Of a stretch of DNA of 64,000 nucleotides, positions 47,501 to 61,915 are shown piece by piece. The stretch's first letter is position 1; each line of letters starts with the position of its first letter. Origin of the DNA: Octopus sinensis (taxonomy: Eukaryota); assembly GCF_006345805.1 (NCBI RefSeq), contig NW_021833228.1, positions 124,001-188,000 of the forward strand, read 5' to 3'. The translations under genes were made by a program, and so were the position numbers. Under the pieces are notes generated by a model. It had not been told where the DNA came from. It searched no databases and saw only the letters and a list, made by a program, of their open reading frames with translations.

Positions 47501-50500
47501 ACACAATTTCTAGTTAACTAAACACTTTTAAACTTCGTATACTGGTAGAATGTGTCAAAAAACAACTTTATTTGGATCTTTTCCTTTTGATAGACAGATT
47601 TCAGCACAAATTCTAGTTAACTAAACACTTTTAAACTTCGTATACTGGTAGGATGTGTCGAAAGAAAACATTATTTGGATCTTTTCCTTTTGAACGGCAG
47701 TTTTCAACACAATTTCTAGTTAACTAAACACTTTTAAACTTCGTATGCTGGTAGAATGTGTCAAAAGAAAACATTATTTGGATCTTTCCCTTTTGATAGA
47801 CAGATTTCAACACAATTTCTAGTTAACTAAACACTTTTAAACTTCGTATACTGGTAGAATGTGTCAAAAGACAACATTATTTGGATCTTTTCCTTTTGAT
47901 AGACAGATTTCAACACAATTTCTAGTTAACTAAACACTTTTAAACTTTGTATACTGGTAGAATGTGTCGAAAGAAAACATTATTTGAATCTTTCCCTTTT
48001 GATAGACAGATTTCAACACAATTTCTAGTTAACTAAATACTTTTAAACTTCGTATACTGGTAGGATGTGTCGAAAGAAAACATTATTTGGATCTTTCCCT
48101 TTTGATAGACAGATTTCAACACAATTTCTAGTTAACTAAACACTTTTAAACTTCGTATACTTGTAGAATGTGTCAAAAGAAAACATTATTTGGATGTTTT
48201 CCTTTTTAACGGCAGTTTTCAACACAATTTCTAGTTAACTAAACACTTTTAAACTTCGTATACTGGTAGAATGTGTCAAAAGACAACATTATTTGGATCT
48301 TTTCCTTTTGATAGACAGATTTCAACACAATTTCTAGTTAACTAAACACTTTTAAACTTCGTATACTGGTAGAATGTGTCGAAAGAAAACATTATTTGGA
48401 TCTTTCCCTTTTGATAGACAGATTTCAACACAATTTCTAGTTAACTAAACACTTTTAAACATCGTATACTGGTAGAATGTGTCAAAAGACAACATTATTT
48501 GGATCTTTTCCTTTTGATAGACAGATTTCAACACAATCTCTAGTTAACTAAACACTTTTAGACTTCGTATACTGGTTGAATGTGTCGAAAGAAAACATTA
48601 TCTGAATCTTTCCCTTTTGATAGACAGATTTCAACACAATTTCTAGTTAACTAAACACTTTTAAACTTTGTATACTGGTAGAATGTGTCAAAAGACAACA
48701 TTATTTGGATCTTTTCCTTTTGATAGACAGATTTCAACACAATTTCTAGTTAACTAAACACTTTTAAGCTTCGTATACTGGTAGAATGTGTCGAAAGAAA
48801 ACATTGTTGGATCATTCCTTTTTGATAGACAGATTTCAACACAATTTCTAGTTAACTAAACACTTTTAAACTTCGTATACTGGTAGAGATGTGTCAAAAG
48901 ACAACATTATTTGGATCTTTTCCTTTTGATAGACAGATTTCAACACAATTTCTAGTTAACTAAACACTTTTAAACTTCGTATACTGGTAGGATGTGTCGA
49001 AAGAAAACATTATTTGGATCTTTCCCTTTTGATAGACAGATTTCAACACAATTTCTAGTTAACTAAACACTTTTAAAACTTCGTATACTGGTAGAATGTG
49101 TCAAAAGACAACATTATTTGGATTTTCCTTTTGATAGACAGATTTCAACACAATTTCTAGTTAACTAACACTTTTAAACTTCGTATACTGGTAGAATGTG
49201 TCAAAAGACAACATTATTTGGATCTTTTCCTTTTGATAGACAGATTTCAACACAATTTCTAGTTAACTAAACACTTTTAATCTTCGTATACTGGTAGAAT
49301 GTGTCAAAAGACAACATTATTTGGATCTTTTCCTTTTGATAGACAGATTTCAACACAATTTCGAGTTAACTAAACACTTTTAAACTTCGTATACTGGTAG
49401 GATGTGTCGAAAGAAAACATTATTTGGATCTTTTCCTTTTGATAGACAGATTTCAACACAATTTCTAGTTAACTAAACACTTTTAAACTTCGTATACTGG
49501 TTGAATGTGTCAAAAGACAACATTTTTGGATCATTCCCTTTTGTTAGACAGTTTTCAACACAATTTCTAGTTAACTAAACACTTTTAAACTTCGTATATG
49601 GTGGTAGAATGTGTCAAAAGACAACATTATTTGGATCTTTTCCTTTTGATAGACAGATTTAAACACAATTTCTAGTTAACTAAACACTTTTAAACTTCGT
49701 ATACTGGTAGGATGTGTCGAAAGAAAACATTATTTGGATCTTTCCCTTTTGATAGACAGATTTCAACACAATTTCTAGTTAACTAAACACTTTAAAACTT
49801 CGTATACTGGTAGAATGTGTCAAAAGACAACATTATTTGGATCTTTTCCTTTTGATAGACAGATTTCAACACAATTTCTAGTTAACTAAACACTTTTAAA
49901 CTTCGTATACTGGTAGAATGTGTCAAAAGACAATATTATTTGGATCTTTTCCTTTTGATAGACAGATTTCAACACAATTTCTAGATAACTAAACACTTTT
50001 AAACTTCGTATACTGGTAGAATGTGTCAAAAGAAAACATTATTTGGATCTTTCCCTTTTGATAGACAGATTTCAACACAAATTCTAGTTAACTAAACACT
50101 TTTAAACTTCGTATACTGGTAGGATGTGTCGAAAGAAAACATTATTTATCTTTCCTTTTGATAGACAGATTTCAACACAATTCTCTAGTTAACTAAACAC
50201 TTTTAAACTTAGTATACTTGTAGAATGTGTCAAAAGAAAACATTATTTGGATGTTTTCCTTTTGAACGGCAGTTTTCAACACAATTTCTAGTTAACTACA
50301 CTTTAACTTTTAAACTTCGTATACTGGTAGAATGTGTCAAAAGACACATTATTTGGATCTTTTCCTTTTGATAGACAGATTTCAACACAATTTCTAGTTA
50401 ACTAAACACTTTTAAACTTCGTATACTGGTAGAATGTGTCGAAAGAAAACATTATTTGGATCTTTCCCTTTTGATAGACAGATTTCAACACAATTTCTAG

Positions 50501-53500
50501 TTAACTAAACACTTTTAAAACATCGTTTTATATACGTAGTATTTGGTAGAATGTGTCAAAAGACAACATTATTTGGATCTTTTCCTTTTGATAGACAGAT
50601 TTCAACACAATTTCGAGTTAACTAAACACATTTAAACTTCGCGTATACTGGTAGATGTGTCGAAAGAAAACATTATTGGATCTTTCCCTTTTGATAGACA
50701 GATTTCAACACAATTTCTAGTTAACTAAACACTTTTAAACTTCGTATACTGGTGTAGTAGAATGTGTCAAAAGACAACATTATTTGGATCTTTTCTTTTG
50801 ATAGACAGATTTCAACACAATTTCTAGTAACTAAACACTTTTAAACTTCGTATACTGGTAGAATGTGTCGAAAGAAAACATTGTTTGGATCATTCCTTTT
50901 GATAGACAGTTTTCAACACAATTTCTAGTTAACTAAACACTTTTAAACTTCGTATACTGGTAGAATGTGTCAAAAGACAACATTATTTGGATCTTTTCCT
51001 TTTGATAGACAGTTTTCAACACAATTTCTAGTTAACTAAACAACTTTAAAACTTCGTTTACTGGTAGGATGTGTCGAAAGAAAAAATTATTTGGATCTTT
51101 CCCTTTTGATAGACAGATTTCAACACAATTTCTAGTTAACTAAACACTTTTAAAACTTCGTATGGTAGAATTGTCAAAAGACAACATTATTGGATCTTTT
51201 CCTTTTGATAGACAGATTTCAACACAATTTCTAGTTAACTAAACACTTTTAAATTCGTATACTGGAAGTGTAGTAGAATGTGTCAAAAGACAACATTATT
51301 TGGATCTTTTCCTTTTGATAGACAGATTTCAACACAATTTCTAGTTAACTAAAGACTTTTAAACTTTGTATACTGGTAGAATGTGTCGAAAGAAAACATT
51401 ATTTGGATCTTTCCCATTTGATAGACAGATTTCAACACAATTTCTAGTTAACTAAACACTTTTAAACATCGTATACTGGTAGAATGTGTCAAAAGACAAC
51501 ATTATTTGGATCTTTTCCTTTTGATAGACAGATTTCAACACAATTTCTAGTTAACTAAACACTTTTAAACTTCGTATACTGGTAGAATGTGTCAAAAGAA
51601 AACATTATTTGGATCTTTCCCTTTTGATAGACAGATTTCAACACAATTTCTAGTTAACTAAACACTTTTAAACTTCGTATACTGGTAGAATGTGTCGAAA
51701 GAAAACATTATTTGGATCTTTCCCTTTTGATAGACAGATTTCAACACAATTTCTAGTTAACTAAACACTTTTAAACTTCGTATACTGGTTGAATGTGTCG
51801 AAAGAAAACATTATCTGAATCTTTCCCTTTTGATAGACAGATTTCAACACAATTTCTAGTTAACTAAACACTTTTAAACTTCGTATACTGGTAGAATAGT
51901 GATGTGTCAAAAAACAACTTTATTTGGATCTTTTCCTTTTGGATAGACAGATTTCAGCACAAATTCTAGTTAACTAACACTTTTAAACTTCGTATACTGG
52001 TAGAATGTGTCGAAAGAAAACATTATTTGGATCTTTCCCTTTTGATAGACAGATTTCAACACAATTTTTAGTTACCTAAACACTTTTAAACATCGTATAC
52101 TGGTAGAATGTGTCAAAAGACAACATTATTTGGATCTTTTCCTTTTGATAGACAGATTTCAACACAATTTCTAGTTAACTAAACACTTTTAAACTTCGTA
52201 TACTGGTAGAATGTGTCGAAAGAAAACATTATTTGGATCTTTTCCTTTTGATAGACAGATTTCAACACAATTTCTAGTTAACTAAACACTTTTAAACTTT
52301 GTATACTGGTAGAATGTGTCGAAAGAAAACATTATTTGGATCTTTCCCTTTTGATAGACAGATTTCAACACAATTTCTAGTTAACTAAACACTTTTAAAC
52401 TTCGTATACTGGTAGAATGTGTCAAAAAACAACTTTATTTGGATCTTTTCCTTTTGATAGACAGATTTCAGCACATATTCTAGTTAACTAAACACTTTTA
52501 AACTTCGTATACTGGTAGGATGTGTTGAAAGAAAACATTATTTGGATCTTTTCCTTTTGAACGGCAGTTATCAACACAATTTCTAGTTAACTAAACACTT
52601 TTAAACTTCGTATATACTGTAGAATGTGTCAAAAGACAACATTATTTGGATCTTTTCCTTTTGATAGACAGATTTCAACACAATTTCTAGTTAACTAAAC
52701 ACTTTTAAACTTCGTATACTGGTAGAATGTGTCGAAAGACAACATTATTTGGATCTTTTCCTTTTGATAGACAGATTTCAACACAATTTCTAGTTAACTA
52801 AACACTTTTAAACTTCGTATACTGGTAGAATGTGTCAAAAGACAACATTATTTGGATCTTTTCCTTTTGATAGACAGATTTCAACACAATTTCTAGTTAA
52901 CTAAACACTTTTAAACTTCGTATACTGGTAGAATGTGTCGAAAGAAAACATTATTTGGATCTTTTCCTTTTGATAGACAGATTTCAACACAATTTCTAGT
53001 TAACTAAACACGTTTAAACATCGTATAATGGTAGAATGTGTCAAAAGACGACGTTATTTGGATCTTTTCCTTTTGATAGACAGATTTCAACACAATTTCT
53101 AGTTAACTAAACACTTTTAAACTTCGTATACTGGTTGAATGTGTCGAAAGAAAACATTATCTGAATCTTTCCCTTTTGATAGACAGATTTCAACACAATT
53201 TCTAGTTAACTAAACACTTTTAAACTTCGTATACTGGTAGAATGTGTCAAAAAACAACTTTATTTGGATTTTTCCTTTTGATAGACAGATTTCAGCACAA
53301 ATTCTAGTTAACTAAACACTTTTAAACTTCGTATACTGGTAGGATGTGTCGAAAGAAAACATTATTTGGATCTTTTCCTTTTGATAGACATTTCAACACA
53401 ATTTCGAGTTAACTAAACACTTTTAAACTTCGTATACTGGTAGAATGTGTCGAAAGAAAACATTATTTGGATCTTTCCCTTTTGATAGACAGATTTCACA

Positions 53501-56500
53501 CAAATTCTAGTTAACTAAACACTTTAAAACTTCGTATACTGGTAGAATGTGTCAAAAGACAACATTATTTGGATCTTTTCCTTTTGATAGACAGATTTCA
53601 ACACAATTTCTAGTTAACTAAACACTTTTAAACTTCGTATACTGGTAGAATGTGTCAAAAGACAACATTATTTGGATCTTTTCCTTTTGATAGACAGATT
53701 TCAACAACACATTTCTAGTTAACTAAACCTTTTAAACTTCGTATACTGGTAGAATGTGTCGAAAGAAAACATTATTTGGATCTTTCCCTTTTGATAGACA
53801 GATTTCAACACAATTTCTAGTTAACTAAACACTTTTAAACATCGTATACTGGTAGAATGTGTCAAAAAACAACTTTATTTGGATCTTTTCCTTTTGATAG
53901 ACAGATTTCAGCACATATTCTAGTTAACTAAACACTTTTAAACTTCGTATACTGGTAGGATGTGTTGAAAGAAAACATTATTTGGATCTTTTCCTTTTGA
54001 ACGGCAGTTATCAACACAATTTCTAGTTAACTAAACACTTTTAAACTTCGTATACTGGTAGAATGTGTCAAAAGACAACATTATTTGGATCTTTTCCTTT
54101 TGATAGACAGATTTCAACACAATTTCTAGTTAACTAAACACTTTTAAACTTCGTATACTGGTAGATGTGTCGAAAGACAACATTATTTGGATCTTTCCTT
54201 TTGATAGACAGATTTCAACACAATTTCTAGTTAACTAAACACTTTTAAACTTCGTATACTGGTAGAATGTGTCAAAAGACAACATTATTTGGATCTTTTC
54301 CTTTTGATAGACAGATTTCAACACAATTTCTAGTTAACTAAACACTTTTAAACTTCGTATACTGGTAGAATGTGTCGAAAGAAAACATTGTTTGGATCAT
54401 TCCCTTTTGTTAGACAGTTTTCAACACAATTTCTAGTTAACTAAACACTTTTAAACTTCGTATACTGGTAGAATGTGTCAAAAGACAACATTATTTGGAT
54501 CTTTTCCTTTTGATAGACAGATTTCAACACAATTTCTAGTTAACTAAACACTTTTTAACTTCGTATACTGGTAAGATGTGTCGAAAGAAAACATTATTTG
54601 GATCTTTCCCTTTTGATAGACAGATTTCAAACAATTTCTAGTTAACTAAACACTTTAAAACTTCGTATACTGGTAGAATGTGTCAAAAGACAACATTATT
54701 TGGATCTTTTCCTTTTGATAGACAGATTTCAACACAATTTCTAGTTAACTAAACACTTTTAAACTTCGTATACTGGTAGAATGTGTCAAAAGACAATATT
54801 ATTTGGATCTTTTCCTTTTGATAGACAGATTTCAACACAATTTCTAGTTAACTAAACACTTTTAAACTTCGTATACTGGTAGAATGTGTCGAGAGAAAAC
54901 ATTATTTGGATCTTTCCCTTTTGATAGACAGATTTCAACACAATTTTTAGTTAACTAAACACTTTTAAACTTCGTATACTGGTAGAATGTGCCAGAAGAC
55001 AACATTATTTGGATCTTTTCCTTTTGATAGACAGATTTCAACACAATTTCTAGTTAACTAAACACTTTAAACTTCGTATACTGGTAAAATGTGTCAAAAG
55101 ACAACATTATTTGGATCTTTTCCTTTTGATAGACATTTCAACACAATTTCTAGTTAACTAAACACTTTTAAACTTCGTTATACTGGTTATAGAGTGTGTC
55201 AAAAGACAACATTATTTGGATCTTTTCTTTTGATAGACAGATTTCAACACAATTTCTAGTTAACTAAACACTTTTAAACTTCGTATACTGGTAGAATGTG
55301 TCGAAAGAAAACATTATTTGGATCTTTCCCTTTTGATAGACAGATTTCAACACAATTTCTAGTTAACTAAACACTTTTAAACTTCGTATACTGGTAGATA
55401 GAATGTGTCAAAAGACAACATTATTGGATCTTTTCCTTTTGATAGACAGATTCAACACAATTTCTAGTTAACTAAACACTTTTAAACTTCGTATACTGGT
55501 AGAATGTGTCAAAAGAAAACATTTTTTGGATACTTTCCTTTTGATAGACAGATTTCAACACAATTTCTACTTAACTAAACACTTTTAAACTTCGTATACT
55601 GGTAGAATGTGTCAAAAAACAACATTATTTGGATCTTTTCCTTTTGATAGACAGATTTCAACACAATTTCTAGTTAACTAAACACTTTTAAACTTCGTAT
55701 ACTGGTAGAAGATGTCGACAGAAAACATTATTTGGATCTTTTCCTTTTGATAGACATATTTCAACCCATTTTCTAGTTAACTAAACACTTTTAAACTTCG
55801 TATACTTGTAGAATGTGTCAAAAGAAAACATTACTTGGATCTTTCCCTTTTGATAGACAGATTTCAACACAATTTCTAGTTAACAAACACTTTTAAACTT
55901 CTTATACTGGTAGAATGTGTCAAAAGACAACATTTTTTGGATCTTTTCCTTTTGATAGACAGATTTCAACACAATTTCTATTTAACTAAACATTTTAAAC
56001 TTCGTATACTGGTAGGATGTGTCGACAGAAAACATTATTTGGATCTTTTCCTTTTGATAGACAGATTTCAACACAATTTCTAGTTAACTTAACACTTTTA
56101 AACTTCGTATACTGGTAGAGTGTGTCAAAAGACAACATTATTTGGATCTTTTCCTTTTGATAGACAGATTTCAACACAATTTCTAGTTAACTAAACACTT
56201 TTTACTTCGTATACTGGTAGTAGATGTGTCAAAAGACAACATTACTTGGATCTTTGCCTTTTGATTGACAGATTTCAACACAATTTCTAGTTAAGTAACA
56301 CTTTTAAACTTCATATACTGGTAGGATGTGTCGAAAGAAAACATTATTTGGATCTTTCCCTTTTGATAGACAGATTTCAACACAATTTCTAGTTAACTAA
56401 ACACTTTTAAACTTCGTATACTGGTAGAATGTGTCAAAAGAAAACATTATTTGGATCTTTTCCTTTTGATAGACAGATTTCAACCCAATTTCTAGTTAAC

Positions 56501-59500
56501 TAAACACTTTTAAACTTCGTATACTGGTAGAATGTGTCACAAGAAAACATTATTTGGATCTTTCCCTTTTGATAGACAAATTTCAACACAATTTCTAGTT
56601 AACTAAACACTTTTAATCTTCGTATACAGGTAGAATGTGTCAAAATAAAACATTATTTGGATCTTTCCCTTTTGATAGACAGATTTCAACACCATTTCTA
56701 TTTAACTAAACACTTTTAAACTTCGTATACTTGTAGAATGTGTCAAACGAAAACATTAGTTGGATCTTTTCCTTTTGAACGGCAGTTTTCAACACAATTT
56801 CTAGTTAACTAAACACTTTTAAACTTCGTATACTGGTAGAATGTGTCAAAAGACAACATTACTTGGATCTTTGCCTTTTGATAGACAGATTTCAACACAA
56901 TTTCTAGTTAAGTAAACACTTTTAAACTTCATATACTGGTAGGATGTGTCGAAAGAAAACATTATTTGGATCTTTCCCTTTTGATAGACAGATTTCAACA
57001 CAATTTCTAGTTAACTAAACACTTTTAAACTTCGTATACTGGTAGAATGTGTCAAAAGACAACATTATTTGGATCTTTTCCTTTTGATAGACAGATTTCA
57101 ACCCAATTTCTAGTTAACTAAACACTTTTAAACTTCGTATACTGGTAGAATGTGTCACAGGAAAACATTATTTGGATCTTTCCCTTTTGATAGACAGATT
57201 TCAACACAATTTCTAGTTAACTAAACACTTTTAAACTTCGTATACTGGTAGAATGTGTCAAAAGAAAACATTATTTGGATCTTTTCCTTTTGATAGACAG
57301 ATTTCAACCCAATTTCTAGTTAACTAAACACTTTTAAACTTCGTATACCGGTAGAATGTGTCAAAAGAAAGCATTTGGATCTTTGCCTTTTGATAGACAG
57401 ATTTCAACACAATTTGTAGTTAACTAAACACTTTTAAACTTCGTATACTGGTAGAATGTGTCAAAAGAAAACATTACTTGGATCTTTTCCTTTTGATAGA
57501 CAGATTTCAACAGAATTTCTACTTAACTAAACACTTTTAAACTTCGTATACTGGTAGAATGTGTCAAAAGACAACATTATTTGGATCTTTTCCTTTTAAT
57601 AGACAGATTTCAACACAATTTCTAGTTAACTAAACACTTTTAAACTTCGTATACTGGTAGAATGTGTCAAAAGAAAACATTACTTGGATCTTTTCCTTTT
57701 GATAGACAGATTTCAACACAATTTCTAGTTAACTAAAGACTTTTAAACTTCGTATACTGGTAGCATGTGTCAAAAGAAAACATTACTTGGATCTTTTCCT
57801 TTTGATAGACAGATTTCAACACAATTTCTAGTTAACTAAACAGTTTTAAACTTCGTATACTGGTAGAATGTGTCGAAAGAAAACATTATTTGGATCTTTT
57901 CCTTTTGATTGACAGATTTCAACACAATTTCTAGTTAACTAAACACTTTTAAACTTCGTGTACTGGTAGAATTTGCCAGAAGACAACATTATTTGGATCT
58001 TTTCCTTTTGATAGACAGATTTCAACACAATTTCTAGTTAACTAAACACTTTAAATATCGTATACTGGTCGAATGTGTCAAAAGACAACATTATTTGGAT
58101 CTTTTCCTTTTGATAGACAGATTTCAACACAATTTCTAGTTAACTAAACACTTTTAAACTTCGTATACTGGTAGAAGGTGTCGAAAGAAAACATTATTTG
58201 GATCTTTCCCTTTGATTGACAGATTTCAACACAATTTCTAGTTAACTAAACACTTTTAAACTTCGTATACTGGTAGAATGCGTCAAAAGAAAACATTACT
58301 TGGATCTTTCCCTTTTGATAGACAGATTTCAACACAATTTCTACTTAACTAAACACTTTTAAACTTCGTATACTGGTAGAATGTGTCAAAAGACAACATT
58401 ATTTGGATCTTTTCCTTTTGATAGACAGATTTCAATACAATTTCTAGTTAACTAAACACTTTTAAACTTCGTATACTGGTAGAATGTGTCAAAAGAAAAC
58501 ATTACTTGGATCTTTTCCTTTTGATAGACAGATTTCAACACAATTTCTAGTTAACTAAACACTTTTTAACTTCGTATACTGGTAGAATGTGTCAAAAGAA
58601 AACATTACTTTACTTGATCTTTTCCTTTTGATAGACAGATTTCAACACAATTTCTAGTTAACTAAACACTTTTAAACTTCGTATACTGGTAGCATGTGTC
58701 AAAAGAAAACATTACTTGGATCTTTTCCTTTTGATAGACAGATTTCAACAATTTCTAGTTAACTAAACACTTTTAAACTTCGTATACTGGTAGGTAGAAG
58801 GTGTCGAAGAAAGAAAACATTATTTGGATCTTTTCCTTTTGATAGACAGATTTCAACACAATTTAGTTAACTAAACACTTTTAAACTTCGTATACTGGTA
58901 GGTAGGATGTGTCGAAAGACAACATTTTGGATATTTTCCTTTTGATAGACAGATTTCAACACAATTTCTAGTTAACTAAACACTTTTAAACTTCGTATAC
59001 TGGTAGAATGTGTCGAAAGAATACTTTATTTGGATCTTTTCCTTTTGATAGACAGATTTCAACACAATTTCTAGTTAACTAAACAGTTTTAAACTTCGTA
59101 TACTGGTAGAATGTGTCGAAAGAAAACATTATTTGGATCTTTTCCTTCTGATAGACAGATTTCAACACAATTTCTAGTTAACTAAACACTTTTAAACTTC
59201 GTATACTGGTAGAATGTGCCAGAAGACAACATTATTTGGATCTTTTCCTTTTGATAGACAGATTTCAACACAATTTCTAGTTAACTAAACACTTTAAATA
59301 TCGTATACTGGTAGAATGTGTCAAAAGACAACATTATTTGGATCTTTTCCTTTTGATAGACAGATTTCAACACAATTTCTAGTTAACTAAACACTTTTAA
59401 ACTTCGTATACTGGTAGAAGGTGTCGAAAGAAAACATTATTTGGATCTTTCCCTTTTGATTGACAGATTTCAACACAATTTCTAGTTAACTAAACACTTT

Positions 59501-61915
59501 TAAACTTCGTATACTGGTAGAATGCGTCAAAAGAAAACATTACTTGGATCTTTCCCTTTTGATAGACAGATTTCAACACAATTTCTACTTAACTAAACAC
59601 TTTTAAACTTCGTATACTGGTAGAATGTGTCAAAAGACAACATTATTTGGATCTTTTCCTTTTGATAGACAGATTTCAATACAATTTCTAGTTAACTAAA
59701 CACTTTTAAACTTCGTATACTGGTAGAATGTGTCAAAAGAAAACATTACTTGGATCTTTTCCTTTTGATAGACAGATTTCAACACAATTTCTAGTTAACT
59801 AAACACTTTTTAACTTCGTATACTGGTAGAATGTGTCAAAAGAAAACATTACTTGGATCTTTTCGTTTTGATAGACAGATTTCAACACAATTTCTAGTTA
59901 ACTAAACACTTTTAAACTTCGTATACTGGTAGAAGGTGTCGAAAGAAAACATTTTTTGGATCTTTTCCTTTTGATAGACAGATTTCAACCCAATTTCTAT
60001 TTAACTAAACACTTTTAAACTTCGTCTACTGGTAGAATGTGTCAAAAGAAAGCATTTGGATATTTTCCTTTTGATAGACAGATTTCAACACAATTTCTAC
60101 TTAACTAAACACTTTTAAACTTCGTATACTGGTAGAATGTGTCGAAAGAAAACTTTATTTGGATCTTTTCCTTTTGATAGACAGATTTCAACACAATTTC
60201 TAGTTAACTAAACACTTTTGAACTTCGTATACTGGTTGAATGTGTCGAAAGAAAACATTATTTGGATCTTTTCCTTTTGATAGACATATTTCAACACAAT
60301 TTCTAGTTAACTAAACACTTTTAAACTTCGTATACTGGTAGAATGTGCCAAAAGACAACATTATTTGGATCTTTTCCTTTTGATAGACAGATTTCAACAC
60401 AATTTCTAGTTAACTAAACACTTTTAAACTGCGTATACTGGTAGAGTGTGTCAAAAGACAACATTATTTGGATCTTTTCCTTTTGATAGACAGATTTCAA
60501 CACAATTTCTAGTTAACTAAACACCTTTAAACTTCGTATACTGGTATAGTGTGTCAAAAGACAACATTATTTGGATCTTTTCCTTTTGATAGACAGATTT
60601 CAACACAATTTCTAGTTAACTAAACACTTTTAAACTTCGTATACTGGTTGAATGTGTCAAAAGACAACATTACTTGGATCTTTGCCTTTTGATAGACAGA
60701 TTTCAACACAATTTCTAGTTAACTAAACACTTTTAAACTTCGTATACTGGTAGGATGTGTCGAAAGAAAACATTATTTGGATCTTTTCCTTTTGATAGCC
60801 AGATTTCACTTCGTATACTGGTAAAATGTGTCAAAAGAAAACATTATTTGGATCTTTTCCTTTTGATAGACAGATTTCAACACAATTTCTAGTTAACTAA
60901 ACACTTTTGAACTTCGTATACTGGTAGAATGTGTCAAAAGACAACATTATTTGGATCTTTCCCTTTTGATAGACAGATTTCAACACAATTTCTAGTTAAC
61001 TAAACACTTTTGAACTTCGTATACTGGTAGAATGTGTCAAAAGACAACATTATTTGGATCTTTCCCTTTTGATAGACAGATTTCAACACAATTTCTAGTT
61101 AACTAAACACTTTTAAACTTCGTATACTGGTTGAATGTGTCAAAAGACAACATTACTTCAATCTTTGCCTTTTGATAGACAGATTTCAACACAATTTCTA
61201 GTTAACTAAATACTTTTAAACTTCGTATACTGGTAGGATGTGTCGAAAGAAAACATTATTTGGATCTTTTCCTTTTGATAGCCAGATTTTACTTCGTCAT
61301 ACTGGTAAAATGTGTCAAAAGAAAACGTCATTTGGCTTTGGATCTTTTTCTTTTTGATACGACAGATTTCAACACAATTTCTAGTTAACTAAACACTTTT
61401 TAAACTCGTATACTGGTAGAATGTGTCAAAAGAAAACATTTGGGATCTTTTTCTTTTTGATAGACAGATTTCAACCTTTTTTTTTACACCCAATTTCTGT
61501 TACTACCTTTTAAACTTCGTATACTGGTAGGTGTGTCAAAAGACAACATTATTTGGATCTTTTCCTTTTGATAGACAGATTTCAACACAATTTCTAGTTA
61601 ACTAAACACTTTTAAACTTCGTATACTGGTTGAATGTGTCAAAAGACCAACATACTTTGATCTTTGCCTTTTGATAGTACAGATTTCAACACAATTTCTA
61701 GTTAGCTAAACACTTTTAAACTTCGTATACTGGTAGAATGTGTCAAAAAGAACATTTGGATATTTTCCTTTTGATAGACATATTTCAACACAATTTCCAG
61801 TTAACTAAACACTTTTTAAACTCGTATACGGTAGAATGTGTCAAAAGAAAACATTTGGATCTTTTCCTTTTGATAGACAGATTTCAACACAATTTCTAGT
61901 TACTAACACTTTTAA
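32537..61915. repeat. 103-bp satellite, segment 5 (~29.4 kb, ~285 monomers) with recurring multi-monomer blocks; more diverged after ~55500
   Basis: Continuous monomers; diagnostic variants recur in ordered series. Confidence 0.97.

Noticed and set aside
55995-56177. 60-aa ORF in the satellite
   Set aside because: Chance stop-free read-through of variant monomers.
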